This document shows, piece by piece, positions 25,668-35,210 of a stretch of DNA of 64,000 nt. The notes under the pieces were generated by a model, which made no database searches, was not told where the DNA came from, and worked only from the letters and a program-made list of their open reading frames with translations. Positions within the stretch are counted from its first letter, which is position 1; each line of letters opens with the position of its first letter. Made by a program: the position numbers and the translations under genes. The stretch is from an uncultured Bacteroidales bacterium. GTDB taxonomy: Bacteria > Bacteroidota > Bacteroidia > Bacteroidales > JAGOPY01. The stretch lies in contig CAVPBC010000003.1 in the NCBI GenBank assembly GCA_963701785.1, positions 481,556 through 545,555 on the forward strand. Reading direction: 5' to 3'.

Positions 25668-25772
25668 TTCTATTGTTCATTGTTCTATTGTTCTATTGTT
25701 CTATTGTTCATTAATGTCTTACAGTCTTATATTCTTACAGTCTTACAGTCCTAAAGTCTTACAGTCTTAAAG
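25668..25772. repeat. paired tandem arrays: (TGTTCTAT/TGTTCAT)n then 7 x (TCTTACAG-like)
   Basis: 25668-25710 and 25717-25772. They fill the ctaE-ctaF spacer. Confidence 0.9.
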
Positions 25773-25777
25773 CCTTC

Positions 25778-26413
25778 TCAATGGATTAAATAAAACAACG
25801 GAAAGAGGTATATCCAGATCAAATCCACAAGATGCCAGTAAAGTCCTGAATTTTCGAGCAGCATGTACTTATCCTGCGTGATTTTTTGTTTCTGGATGGC
25901 CCTGATAACATACAGCAGAAATATGCCTCCGATTATGACATGAAGGGCATGTAATCCTGTCATGAAGAAATACAGGAAGAAAAACAATCTCTCACCGTTT
26001 GCCAATTCACTGTAATGTGCCATTCCCGGGAATAATCCGTGCTCGAACTTGGCTGACCATTCGAAAAATTTAATGACCAGGAAGATGCCTGCAGCAAATA
26101 TAGTCAGCCAGATCAATCTTTTTGACAATTGCGTATTCCCTTTCTGCATGGCTGTTATCGACATAGCTACAGTCATGCTGCTGGTCAGCAGGACGATAGT
26201 ATTAACGGTTCCCATTAAAACATTCAGGTCGAGGGAAGCTTCGAGGAAATTCTCATGGTAAATAAAGCGATAAATCATATAAACCAGGAAAAGGCCGCCG
26301 AATAAAAGGAGCTCGGTGAAAAGGAACAGCCACATCCCCATTTTGGATGACATATCATCACGGTTATGCCCGGAATTCGGTAAAACGAAAGTTGTGTCCA
26401 TATTCATAAACAA
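25778..26413 (-). CDS. ctaE: cytochrome c oxidase subunit III
   Basis: 211-aa, 5-TM ORF. 'LFFFLYFFMTGLHALHVIIG' and 'YWHLVDLIW' are subunit III motifs. Confidence 0.9.
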   Translation of the reverse strand: MFMNMDTTFVLPNSGHNRDDMSSKMGMWLFLFTELLLFGGLFLVYMIYRFIYHENFLEASLDLNVLMGTVNTIVLLTSSMTVAMSITAMQKGNTQLSKRLIWLTIFAAGIFLVIKFFEWSAKFEHGLFPGMAHYSELANGERLFFFLYFFMTGLHALHVIIGGIFLLYVIRAIQKQKITQDKYMLLENSGLYWHLVDLIWIYLFPLFYLIH

Positions 26414-26418
26414 AAAAT

Positions 26419-28020
26419 CTATTTAAAATCGTAAGGGCCATGCTCGGAAATTTCCGGGGCTTTGTCGAAATTCTGCAGCGGCGGCGGGGATTTGGTCTGC
26501 CATTCGAGGGTAACGCCTCCCCAGGGATTCCGGCTTGCAATGGCTCCTTTACGGTAACCGTTGATCAGGTTCACGATCATGATGATCATCCCGATGATCA
26601 GGATCCAGGAACCAACCGTCGAAATAACATTCAATGGCTGGAATTCAGGAAGATAGTCATAATAGCGCCGTGGCATCCCCATCATGCCCAAAATGATCAT
26701 AGGGAAATAAAGGATATTAAAGCCGATAAAAAGGAGGGCAAAAGCGATATTGGCCCAGCGGATATTATACATTCTGCCCCAGATCTTCGGGAACCAGTAA
26801 TGCAAGCCACCGAAAAAGGCAAACCCGGTACCGCCGAACATAACATAATGGAAGTGCCCGACCACAAAATAAGTATCATGCAGGTGCACATCGGTTGCAA
26901 GCGCTCCGATTACCAGGCCGGTAAGACCACCGATAAGGAACTGGAAAATGAAAGCCATGGCATAAAGCATCGGCGGTTTTACGTCGATGGACCCTTTATA
27001 CATAGTGGCTACCCAGTTGAAAACTTTCACGGCAGAAGGGATGGCGACAAGGAATGTCAGGATGGAGAATACAATCCGCGCCGGGCCGCTCATACCGGAG
27101 GTGAACATATGGTGTCCCCACACGAAATAACCGACGAAAGCAATGGCCAGGCTGGAATAAGCGATTGCTTTATAGCCAAATATGGTTCTTTGTGAAAAAG
27201 TTGGAATGATCTCCGAAATGATCCCCATGGCCGGCAGGACCATGATGTAAACCGCAGGATGGGAATAAATCCAGAATAAGTGCTGATAGAGGATTGGGTC
27301 ACCGCCGATGCTGGGGTCAAAAAGGCCCACACCGAATGCCCTTTCGGCAACGATCATCAAAAGGGTAATACCGACAATCGGAGTTGCCAGCACCTGTATC
27401 CATGCTGTCGCATACAAAGCCCAGGCAAACAGGGGCATCTGGAAGAAACCCATTCCCGGGTAACGGAGCCTGTGAATGGTAACGATGAAATTGAGGCCTG
27501 TAAGGATCGAAGAAAAACCAAGGATAAATGCGGCCAGTACCGCGATCGAAACGTTTGTCCCGGTTTTTACGCTGTAAGGCGCATAAAAGGTCCACCCTGT
27601 GTCAGGAGGTCCATCGCCGACAACAAGGGTGAGCAATGCCAGTACACCTCCCAGGAGATACAAATACCAGGAGAGCAGGTTGACTCTTGGAAAAGAGACA
27701 TCATCGGTCCCGAGCATGATCGGCAGGAAGAAATTCCCGAAAATTGCCGGGACGACCGGGATTATAAACAGGAAGATCATGATAACCCCATGCAGCGTAA
27801 ACAGCTGGTTATAGGTGTGTGGCTCGACGATTGTTTTTCCCGGTGCAATCAGCTCGAGGCGCATCAGGAACCCCAGGATGACACCTACGATAAAGAAAGT
27901 CACAATAGAGTAAAAGTAAAGCAGGGCAATCCTTTTATGGTCCACGGTAAAGAACCATGACCGGAAGCCTTTTGCTACCTGGAAAAATGTCAGATCAGGA
28001 CTGGATGCGTGCGTTGACAT
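26419..28020 (-). CDS. ctaD: cytochrome c oxidase subunit I (heme-copper, A family)
   Basis: 533 aa. '[15 protein letters not shown]', 'WGHHMF' and 'VGHFHYVM' are the histidine ligand motifs. Confidence 0.95.
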   Translation of the reverse strand: MSTHASSPDLTFFQVAKGFRSWFFTVDHKRIALLYFYSIVTFFIVGVILGFLMRLELIAPGKTIVEPHTYNQLFTLHGVIMIFLFIIPVVPAIFGNFFLPIMLGTDDVSFPRVNLLSWYLYLLGGVLALLTLVVGDGPPDTGWTFYAPYSVKTGTNVSIAVLAAFILGFSSILTGLNFIVTIHRLRYPGMGFFQMPLFAWALYATAWIQVLATPIVGITLLMIVAERAFGVGLFDPSIGGDPILYQHLFWIYSHPAVYIMVLPAMGIISEIIPTFSQRTIFGYKAIAYSSLAIAFVGYFVWGHHMFTSGMSGPARIVFSILTFLVAIPSAVKVFNWVATMYKGSIDVKPPMLYAMAFIFQFLIGGLTGLVIGALATDVHLHDTYFVVGHFHYVMFGGTGFAFFGGLHYWFPKIWGRMYNIRWANIAFALLFIGFNILYFPMIILGMMGMPRRYYDYLPEFQPLNVISTVGSWILIIGMIIMIVNLINGYRKGAIASRNPWGGVTLEWQTKSPPPLQNFDKAPEISEHGPYDFK

Positions 28021-28023
28021 ATA

Positions 28024-28806
28024 TCAATTTTCTACTGACGGTTTATTTTTCTTCTTGCCGTTTATTACTAATGAAACAAAGAATCCCAGTGCTATCAGGA
28101 TGATCAGGCTTCCTGACACTTTTGTAATGTTGAATACGTATTTTTTGCCTTCAGCGTCATAACTGAAGCAGAATTTCAGCATTTTATTGATAGTGGGACC
28201 GGATTTTCCCTGTGAGGCTTCTACGACGGCCATTTTGAGATCAAAAGGCAGAAAATAGGTGCCATGCAGGTAGCGTGTTATTTTGCCATCAGGGCTCAGA
28301 ACAATGACAGCCCCGGGATGTATCCACTCTTTTCCTTCTTTTTTGATCTTATACCCGAGACTGTTGAGAAGATTGCTGATATTGGTGCTGTCGCCGGTAT
28401 GGAAGATCCAGCCATTTTCAACATCACTGTCATTTTTGACAAGTTTGGCATACGTTTCCTTTTTCTCTTTCGCAAGCCTTGTTTTTTCGGCCGGATTAAA
28501 ACTGATGGTAAAAACCTGGTAATCCTTTCCCAGCTGGATGGAGGCTTTTGAGATGACATCTGCCACACCTTCCAGCAGCGGGCTGCAGAGCCCCGGGCAT
28601 TCATAATAAACCGGCACAATAACTGTAGGCTTATCGATCTGCTCAAGTAGATTTACCGTATCGTATTTTTCGGTAACAAAGACCAGGTCACCCGGAATAT
28701 ATTCATCCAGGTGCTCATAGATCCCTAATTCCTCCTGCGCCTTAATGTTGACATTGACAAGGAGAGATATCAGGATTATAAAAGTTAAATTTTTGATCTT
28801 CAACAT
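28024..28806 (-). CDS. SCO1/SenC-family copper chaperone
   Basis: Thioredoxin-like ORF with 'YYECPGLCSP' (CxxxC) and a C-terminal TM helix. Start taken at 'MLKIKNLTFIILISLL'. Confidence 0.8.
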   Translation of the reverse strand: MLKIKNLTFIILISLLVNVNIKAQEELGIYEHLDEYIPGDLVFVTEKYDTVNLLEQIDKPTVIVPVYYECPGLCSPLLEGVADVISKASIQLGKDYQVFTISFNPAEKTRLAKEKKETYAKLVKNDSDVENGWIFHTGDSTNISNLLNSLGYKIKKEGKEWIHPGAVIVLSPDGKITRYLHGTYFLPFDLKMAVVEASQGKSGPTINKMLKFCFSYDAEGKKYVFNITKVSGSLIILIALGFFVSLVINGKKKNKPSVEN

Positions 28807-28993
28807 GTGATTTGGTTTTTTAAGATCCGGAAGCGGCAGCAAATTTAGAATAAATCTAAATAAGTTGCAAATTTAATTGTTGAAAATTTATCAGGGCATA
28901 TTTTAGATCTTTTGCTGCGCTACTAATGACAATCTAAAATTATTTTAGCCGGTAGATCCTTCGTTTCTCTCAGGATGATGACTTTGATGGTGT

Positions 28994-30583
28994 CTAGTTG
29001 ATCCTCTTCTTCTTCCCGGCCCATTCTTTTTCCCGAAGAATATATTTCTGGATCTTCCCGGTCGAAGTTTTGGGTAATTCCCCAAACTCCACGGCAGCAG
29101 GGCATTTAAAATGAGCGGCATGATCCCTGCAGAACCGGATTATCTCTTCTTCAGAGGCACTGGCACCTCTTTTTAAAGTCACAAAAGCTTTCGGGCGCTC
29201 TCCCCATTTTTCATCAGGTATGGCCACTACCGCGCATTCAAGAACTGCCGGGTGCCTGACCACTAATTGCTCGATTTCTATGGTTGAGATATTTTCTCCG
29301 CCCGAGATGATGATATCTTTCAGCCTGTCGCGCAATTCAATGTAACCATCAGGATGCCAGACTGCCAGGTCGCCTGAATGGAACCATCCTCCTAAAAAAG
29401 CTTTTGCGGTTGCCTCCTGTTGCAGGTAGTACTCTTTCATGACATTGTTTCCCCGCATGATCACTTCACCAATAGTTGATCCATCCCTTGCAACATCTTC
29501 CAAGTTTTCATCGACAACCCTTACCATATCTGCTGTAAGGTAAGATTGTCCCTGTCTTGCCCTGTAAAACGACTGTTCTTCATCAGGAAGTTTATCCCAT
29601 TCCGGGTGCCATTCGCAAACAGTGATCGGGCCATAGGTTTCCGTCAGGCCATAAACATGGACAGGCTTGAAATTAAAGGATTTGATCATATCCAGCAGGG
29701 TAGGGGAAGGTGGTGCCCCGGCTATGGTTATAGTAACAGGATAAGGAACAGGTTTTGCATTAGGATGGTTAAGTAAGTTTATCTGTAATGTTGGGGCCCC
29801 GTTAAAGTGGGTGACCCGCTCCTGGATTATCAGGTCCCAGATGAGGCCTGGGTCTGTTTTTCGCAGGCAAACATGGGTCCCGCCAATTGCAGTAACTGCC
29901 CATGTAAAACACCAGCCGTTACAGTGAAACATGGGTAAAGTCCACAGATAGACGCTTTCAGGGCAAAGCCTGGTTTCAATCGCTTCTCCCAATGCATTGA
30001 GGTAGGCGCCACGATGTGTATAAATCACCCCTTTCGGCCGCCCTGTTGTTCCGGAAGTGTAATTAAGGGAGATGGGCTCTTCTTCATCTTCAAGTTTGTA
30101 ATTAACCGGTTCCGGGGACCCACCTGAAAGAAAAACTTCATAAGGATCTTCCGGCAACCCGCTATCATTGACCTCAATGATCCTGATCCCGGTGAGGTCA
30201 AGCGGTTCCAGTAACGGTTTCAGTTCACTGTCGGCAAACAGTATGCGCGCTCCCGAATGCTCAAGGATATAACCGATTTCTTCGGCATTTAATCTCGTAT
30301 TGATGGGGACAAGAATACCGCCGGCAGCAGGAACGGCAAAATGGGCCTCCAGCAGGGCTGGGATATTGGGGCATAAAAAAGCGACACGATCATGTTTTTC
30401 CAGGGCGGAATTCCGCAGTTGCGAGGAGAATCGATTTACCCGTTCTTCAAATTCAAGATATGTATATCGCCTTTCCTGGTGAATAATGGCAATTTTTTCC
30501 GGGTAAACAAAAGCTGAACGGCGCAGGAAACTGGTTGGAGAGAGTTCAGTCCTGTATACTTTCTGAGGGTTTTCAGCAAACAT
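28994..30583 (-). CDS. AMP-forming acyl-CoA synthetase / fatty-acid-CoA ligase
   Basis: 529 aa. 'LNYTSGTTGRPKGV' (AMP-binding motif), 'GLTETYG' and 'SGDLAVWHPDGYIELRDRLKDIIISGGENI'. Confidence 0.9.
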   Translation of the reverse strand: MFAENPQKVYRTELSPTSFLRRSAFVYPEKIAIIHQERRYTYLEFEERVNRFSSQLRNSALEKHDRVAFLCPNIPALLEAHFAVPAAGGILVPINTRLNAEEIGYILEHSGARILFADSELKPLLEPLDLTGIRIIEVNDSGLPEDPYEVFLSGGSPEPVNYKLEDEEEPISLNYTSGTTGRPKGVIYTHRGAYLNALGEAIETRLCPESVYLWTLPMFHCNGWCFTWAVTAIGGTHVCLRKTDPGLIWDLIIQERVTHFNGAPTLQINLLNHPNAKPVPYPVTITIAGAPPSPTLLDMIKSFNFKPVHVYGLTETYGPITVCEWHPEWDKLPDEEQSFYRARQGQSYLTADMVRVVDENLEDVARDGSTIGEVIMRGNNVMKEYYLQQEATAKAFLGGWFHSGDLAVWHPDGYIELRDRLKDIIISGGENISTIEIEQLVVRHPAVLECAVVAIPDEKWGERPKAFVTLKRGASASEEEIIRFCRDHAAHFKCPAAVEFGELPKTSTGKIQKYILREKEWAGKKKRIN

Positions 30584-30613
30584 AGTACTAGGGCTTGGTT
30601 AAAGAAGAAGATG

Positions 30614-31105
30614 TTATTCTTCAATAAGGACTCCGCTGGCTATAAAATCGTAAGCGTAGACAGGTTCGGTGATTGCGGCCACTTCCTCTTCGGTTTTCCC
30701 ATCTTCCCGGGCATAATTTTGCAGGGTTTCAACCGGGATCAACTCCCTGATGGCGACCCCCTGGGCAATGAAATTCTTGCCAGCTGCATCAAGCGGGATT
30801 GTGAAACTTTCGTCAAGGAAGGTAACATGAATGGTTTCCCCATTACCCATGTCGACGTTCATCCAGCATCCGGAATGCTTGCAGGAAGCTGTGATATTGC
30901 CAGAGATAGTAATCCCGGTTGTATCCGAATCATTGAAAACTCCGGCAATCTCATTTGCAGGAATAGCACCGGCCGTAACAACTTCATTGCCGAAATTTCC
31001 GGTGGAGGGTACTGCCTTTTCGGCTTCAGCGCTGTCTGTTGGTTTGGGTGCCTGCCCGCAGGCTGCAGCGACCAGGATTAACAGGATAAGGCTAAGATAT
31101 TTCAT
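30614..31105 (-). CDS. DUF4920-like lipoprotein
   Basis: 163 aa. Lipobox 'VAAACG' and 'CKHSGCWMNV' match the DUF4920 pattern as I remember it. Confidence 0.6.
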   Translation of the reverse strand: MKYLSLILLILVAAACGQAPKPTDSAEAEKAVPSTGNFGNEVVTAGAIPANEIAGVFNDSDTTGITISGNITASCKHSGCWMNVDMGNGETIHVTFLDESFTIPLDAAGKNFIAQGVAIRELIPVETLQNYAREDGKTEEEVAAITEPVYAYDFIASGVLIEE

Positions 31106-31119
31106 GGGAAAAGGGATTG

Positions 31120-31614
31120 TTATCGTGGCAAGATTTCAATATCCTTGACATCTTCCAGGGTAACATAACCTCCATTGTTGCCGAAATTGTTGAGCACATA
31201 ATTAATTACCGCAACGGCATCATCTTTTGTGTCAGCCTGCGGCGGCATCGGTGCAGGGTATTTGACGGTTTTTTGTGCAGCCACTTTTTCAGAACCGTTT
31301 AAAACCTGTGAAACGGCAAGTGCTTTTTGGTTAAGAAGGAATTGTGAACCTACCAGGGTCGGGAAAACATTTGGAAGTCCCTGACCGTTAGCCTGGTGAC
31401 AGGCAATGCATTTTGCCTTATAGATTTGCTCGCCACGGGCCATCTGGGCAGCCATCTCATTGGTGTTTGCAGCAGCAGTTTCAGCAGCAGCAGCTTCTTT
31501 CTGAACTGCAGTTTCAGGTTTCTGGGTCTTTTGTTCGGTACCTGATGAACAGGAGTACATGACCAGGGCAATTCCCATAATTGCTAAGGCCAAAACAAAA
31601 TTTAATTTTTTCAT
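31120..31614 (-). CDS. class I c-type cytochrome (membrane-anchored/lipoprotein)
   Basis: Start at 'MKKLNFVLALAIMGIALVMYSC'. Ala/Glu-rich linker, heme site 'CIACHQANG' and distal 'PAPMPP' Met ligand region. Confidence 0.8.
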   Translation of the reverse strand: MKKLNFVLALAIMGIALVMYSCSSGTEQKTQKPETAVQKEAAAAETAAANTNEMAAQMARGEQIYKAKCIACHQANGQGLPNVFPTLVGSQFLLNQKALAVSQVLNGSEKVAAQKTVKYPAPMPPQADTKDDAVAVINYVLNNFGNNGGYVTLEDVKDIEILPR

Positions 31615-31694
31615 GGTTGTCGTATTTAATTGATTTGAATAGTTTCTGTGCAGCAAAATTAACCAATATATCCTATTTATTCGGGTAAAACAGG

Positions 31695-32432
31695 TTAATT
31701 TTTTGGGTGACAGCATTCCATGGTGGCTTTTTCTCCATCCTGGCTTAATTTCGGGCTGATATAGGGGATGCCAAGGTTAAGCCCGCGCAGGATGAATAAT
31801 ATACCCAACAGGATGATAAACACTGGAATAGCTTTAGAAAGGCTATTTCTGAGCTTCTGGGAAATTATATTTCCTGCCAGTGAAATAGCCAGCATCATGG
31901 GAATAGTTCCTATTCCAAAAAAGACCATATATAAAGCGCCTTCGTGAACACGGCTCATAACCAGGGCTCCTGCCAGGGCGATATAAACCAGCCCGCAGGG
32001 AAGAAAGCCGTTCAATAACCCTATAATAAATAGAGATACGAATGTTCTGGCCCTGAATAGCCTGACGAAAGGCTTTTTCATCATACCTGTTATGGAATCT
32101 GTAAAGCCAGCCAACTTTTTGCCGGCGGACCCAAGGCGGGGAATAAGCACAGCGAGGATCATGGCAGCCCCCAGGACAATAGATACCCATTGCTGCAGGC
32201 CACCAAGTGCAAGTCCCATGCCGGCGAGCCCGAAAAAAGCGCCCAAAATACCATAAGTGATGGTTCTTCCCGTATTATACAGCAGTCCGCCGCTTATCCT
32301 GGAAAACCATGACTGATTATTAAGTGGCAGGGCGATTGCAATTGGTCCGCACATGCCGGCACAGTGAAGTGAGCCAACGAGACCCAGCATCAAGGCTGGT
32401 ATAAATTCCAAATTCCAAATTCCAGATTCCAA
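31695..32432 (-). CDS. TauE/SafE-like membrane protein of the cbb3 accessory cluster
   Basis: 245 aa, ~7 TM. 'GSLHCAGMCGPIAI' and a second 'GFLPCGLVY' motif. This position after fixH is typical in Bacteroidetes. The first ~10 codons are encoded by an AATTCCAA tandem repeat, so the true start may be at 'MLGLVGSLHC'. Confidence 0.65.
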   Translation of the reverse strand: MESGIWNLEFIPALMLGLVGSLHCAGMCGPIAIALPLNNQSWFSRISGGLLYNTGRTITYGILGAFFGLAGMGLALGGLQQWVSIVLGAAMILAVLIPRLGSAGKKLAGFTDSITGMMKKPFVRLFRARTFVSLFIIGLLNGFLPCGLVYIALAGALVMSRVHEGALYMVFFGIGTIPMMLAISLAGNIISQKLRNSLSKAIPVFIILLGILFILRGLNLGIPYISPKLSQDGEKATMECCHPKN

Positions 32433-32459
32433 ACAAATAATAAATTAAAAATTACATGC

Positions 32460-32915
32460 TCAATGTGAAATGATCACGCTTTCTTCATAATAGTATTCCT
32501 TTCCACCCATCTTCCAGTCAAGCTTCAGCATCCACCTGCCTTTATCAAGCCCTGATACATCGAATGCCTGTTGAAGGGAGTCGCTGAGCCGCAATGGCAC
32601 GGTGAAATCCTTTCCCGGATCTGATGGCCGGTAGAATAATAATGAACCTTCCGGAATAAATGTAGAATCGATATCGGGGAATTGAATGATAATAAAGCCA
32701 GGTTCCTGGGTGATTTTTATTTTACCGGCAAGAGCTGATGTGTTATTTATTTTATCAATACGTTCCTGGTATACCAGCTCTTTTTCGTAATAGTTGTCTT
32801 CAACGAGGTTAATATCAAGACTGTTGATGAAGATGAAAAATGCGATGACCGAAATCAGGAAGATGACAATAACGATAAAGATACCCGTTCCCCAGTTAAA
32901 TTTCATTTTCATCAT
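32460..32915 (-). CDS. ccoH: FixH/CcoH-family protein
   Basis: 151 aa with one N-terminal TM helix. It overlaps the ccoG stop by 4 nt. Confidence 0.7.
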   Translation of the reverse strand: MMKMKFNWGTGIFIVIVIFLISVIAFFIFINSLDINLVEDNYYEKELVYQERIDKINNTSALAGKIKITQEPGFIIIQFPDIDSTFIPEGSLLFYRPSDPGKDFTVPLRLSDSLQQAFDVSGLDKGRWMLKLDWKMGGKEYYYEESVIISH

Positions 32916-34327
32916 GAATTAGGTCCGACAAAAATCGAAGTGATCTCTTCAATCAGCTTACCATTGCTGTAAACCCCGAACCTGACGGAAGTCTTATCAG
33001 AAATGACGTCCTGGCTGCTCAGGATCAGGAAGAAAACCGATTCCCCTAATGACTGTTTCTTCACGTTTATGCTATTTCCGATAATGGTTATCTCACCCTC
33101 GTGTGAAAGAACTTTTAACTCTACAGGGATATCCTGGTTAGTTTTATTGACCAGTTTGATGTTGTACAAATTGCTGATCCTGCCGGGTTCCGGCTCCTGG
33201 TAAAGCATGCCGGGTGCACGGAGAATAGTTGCTTCGATCGGACTCCTGGCCGTTATGGAATAGGTAAAAACACCCAGCAGAATTATTAGTACTGCTGAAT
33301 AAGCAATGGTCCTGGCATTGAATTTCATTTTCAAGCCTTCTGATATCATTTTTTCTGAGGCATAACGAATCAGGCCCTTCGGTTGATTAGTTGCATCCAT
33401 CATGGCATTGCAAGCATCGATACAGCAAGCGCAATTAATGCATTCAAGCTGTGTGCCGTTGCGGATATCTATGCCGGTCGGGCAAACCTGAACACATTGC
33501 GTACAATTGATGCAGCTTCCCTTATCGGCTTTTTCCCTGTCTTCACCCTTAAAAAATGTCCCTCTTGGTTCACCTCTTTTATAGTCATATGAAATCACAA
33601 TGGAATTCCTGTCAAGTAAAACGCCCTGAAGCCGCCCATAAGGGCATACAATTGTGCATACCTGCTCCCTGAACCAGGAAAAGATAAAATAAAAGACACC
33701 TGAAAATACCAGCATACTTCCAAGTCCTGCAAGGTGTTCGGTCGGGCTCTCCGTCACCAGGTCTTTCCATGCTTCCGTACCGATGATGTACATGAGGAAG
33801 AAGTTACTGATGATGAATGCAATGCCAAAGAATACAATGTGCTTCAGTGATCTTTTAAAGATCTTTCCTGCATGCCAGGGCTGTTTATCCAGCTGCTTCT
33901 GATGATATGCGTCTCCTTCGATCCAGTATTCAATTCTCCGGAAGATCAGCTCCATGAATACGGTCTGAGGGCAGCCCCAACCGCACCAGATCCTTCCAAA
34001 GGTAACGGTAAAGAGGATAATGAAAACCATCATCGAGATCATAGCCAGGAAGAAAAGGTGAAAGTCCTGCGGCCAGAAACGGACGCCCAGCAAAACAATT
34101 TCCCTTTCGATGAAATTCAGCAGGAGCAGCGGCTCGCCGTGTATCCTGATGAAAGGAGCGGCGAAAAAGAAGATCAATAGTGCAAAGCCGGCAATGTTGC
34201 GCCACAATGTAAGCCTGCCTTTTGGTTTTTTCGCATAAACCCAAACCCTGCTTCCTTTTTCATCAATTGTCGCCAGGCGGTCCCTGAAATCAGATTTTTC
34301 CTTTTCTTCCTTTTTAAATTGCACCAT
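32912..34327 (-). CDS. ccoG: cbb3 oxidase accessory ferredoxin CcoG/FixG
   Basis: 471 aa. 'CGWGCPQTVF', 'CPYGRLQG', 'CINCTQCVQVCPTGIDIR' and 'CINCACCIDAC'. Confidence 0.9.
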   Translation of the reverse strand: MVQFKKEEKEKSDFRDRLATIDEKGSRVWVYAKKPKGRLTLWRNIAGFALLIFFFAAPFIRIHGEPLLLLNFIEREIVLLGVRFWPQDFHLFFLAMISMMVFIILFTVTFGRIWCGWGCPQTVFMELIFRRIEYWIEGDAYHQKQLDKQPWHAGKIFKRSLKHIVFFGIAFIISNFFLMYIIGTEAWKDLVTESPTEHLAGLGSMLVFSGVFYFIFSWFREQVCTIVCPYGRLQGVLLDRNSIVISYDYKRGEPRGTFFKGEDREKADKGSCINCTQCVQVCPTGIDIRNGTQLECINCACCIDACNAMMDATNQPKGLIRYASEKMISEGLKMKFNARTIAYSAVLIILLGVFTYSITARSPIEATILRAPGMLYQEPEPGRISNLYNIKLVNKTNQDIPVELKVLSHEGEITIIGNSINVKKQSLGESVFFLILSSQDVISDKTSVRFGVYSNGKLIEEITSIFVGPNS

Positions 34328-34330
34328 GAT

Positions 34331-34396
34331 GATTTGCCGATTTGCCGATTTGTCGATTTGGCGATTTTCTTTAATTTTTAATTTTTAATTTTTAAT
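34331..34396. repeat. paired tandem arrays: (GATTTGCC)x4-5 then (TTTTTAAT)x3
   Basis: Read directly. They fill the ccoP-ccoG spacer and run into the ccoP stop codon. Confidence 0.9.
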
Positions 34397-34985
34397 TGCA
34401 AAGGTCTCCCTGCGGTGCCTTAGGATTCGGCGGATTGGTTCCTTTCAGGCTAACAATAAAGCTTGAAACCTGCTGGATCTGTTCAGGAGTGAGCTGATCT
34501 TTCCAGGAGATCATGCCTTTTTCAGGTACGCCGATCACAATCAGGTTGAAAATTTCCCCGATGGAACATCCGTGGATCCAATAGTCATCTGTAAGATTAG
34601 GCCCGACAATCCCCTGGCCCTGGGCAAGGTGGCATACCACGCAACTTTTGTCAAAAATGGCTTTACCGGCTTCCAGTCCCACAGCATCAGTAAGCAGGGT
34701 TACATTTGTTGCATCGATGGTACTGGCTGGCCGGGCAGCCTTATATTTCATAGTTGCCGCAGCTACCTCTTTGTCATATTCCGTTTCCTGCAGATCACCA
34801 GTTTTGATGATATGGAAACGGAAGAAATAGACGAAGGCAAATATGATTGTGATGTAAAACAACCATAGCCACCATTTTGGTAACTTGTTGTCCAATTCTT
34901 TTATTCCATCATACTCGTGACCGGAAAGCAGTTTGTCACCGGTCAGCTCATCTTTTTCTATCAGGTTATGTTCGTTTGGTTCCAT
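34392..34985 (-). CDS. ccoP: cbb3-type cytochrome c oxidase subunit III (monoheme form)
   Basis: 197 aa. The FixP N-terminal motif 'HEYDGIKELDNKLPKWW', one TM helix and heme site 'CVVCHLAQGQG'. Confidence 0.85.
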   Translation of the reverse strand: MEPNEHNLIEKDELTGDKLLSGHEYDGIKELDNKLPKWWLWLFYITIIFAFVYFFRFHIIKTGDLQETEYDKEVAAATMKYKAARPASTIDATNVTLLTDAVGLEAGKAIFDKSCVVCHLAQGQGIVGPNLTDDYWIHGCSIGEIFNLIVIGVPEKGMISWKDQLTPEQIQQVSSFIVSLKGTNPPNPKAPQGDLCN

Positions 34986-35019
34986 AAACCATATTATTTA
35001 TTCATTAATAATCCGTTAA

Positions 35020-35202
35020 TCAACTTTGGCTGTTTTCATCTTCCTCCAGCGGAAGGCGGCTGAAATCCTTTAAATCATCTTTCCTGATATTATATGTCTG
35101 AATAACCAGAACCAGAAAAGTTATGATAAATATCAGCATGGAAATGACGGCGAAGACATACACTCCTGCGATCGATCCGAGATATTCTTTTATCAGGTTC
35201 AT
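35020..35202 (-). CDS. ccoQ: CcoQ-like small membrane subunit
   Basis: 60 aa with a single TM helix, lying between ccoNO and ccoP. Confidence 0.6.
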   Translation of the reverse strand: MNLIKEYLGSIAGVYVFAVISMLIFIITFLVLVIQTYNIRKDDLKDFSRLPLEEDENSQS

Positions 35203-35210
35203 AATGAAAA

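Noticed and set aside
26440-27960. Long plus-strand ORFs (251 and 226 aa) inside ctaD, and similar antisense ORFs inside cydA, ccoNO, ccoI, ccsA, actC and the BNR protein
   Set aside because: They lie opposite well-supported conserved genes, have biased low-complexity compositions (D/H/R/G/P-rich) and show no recognisable motifs. They are typical shadow ORFs.
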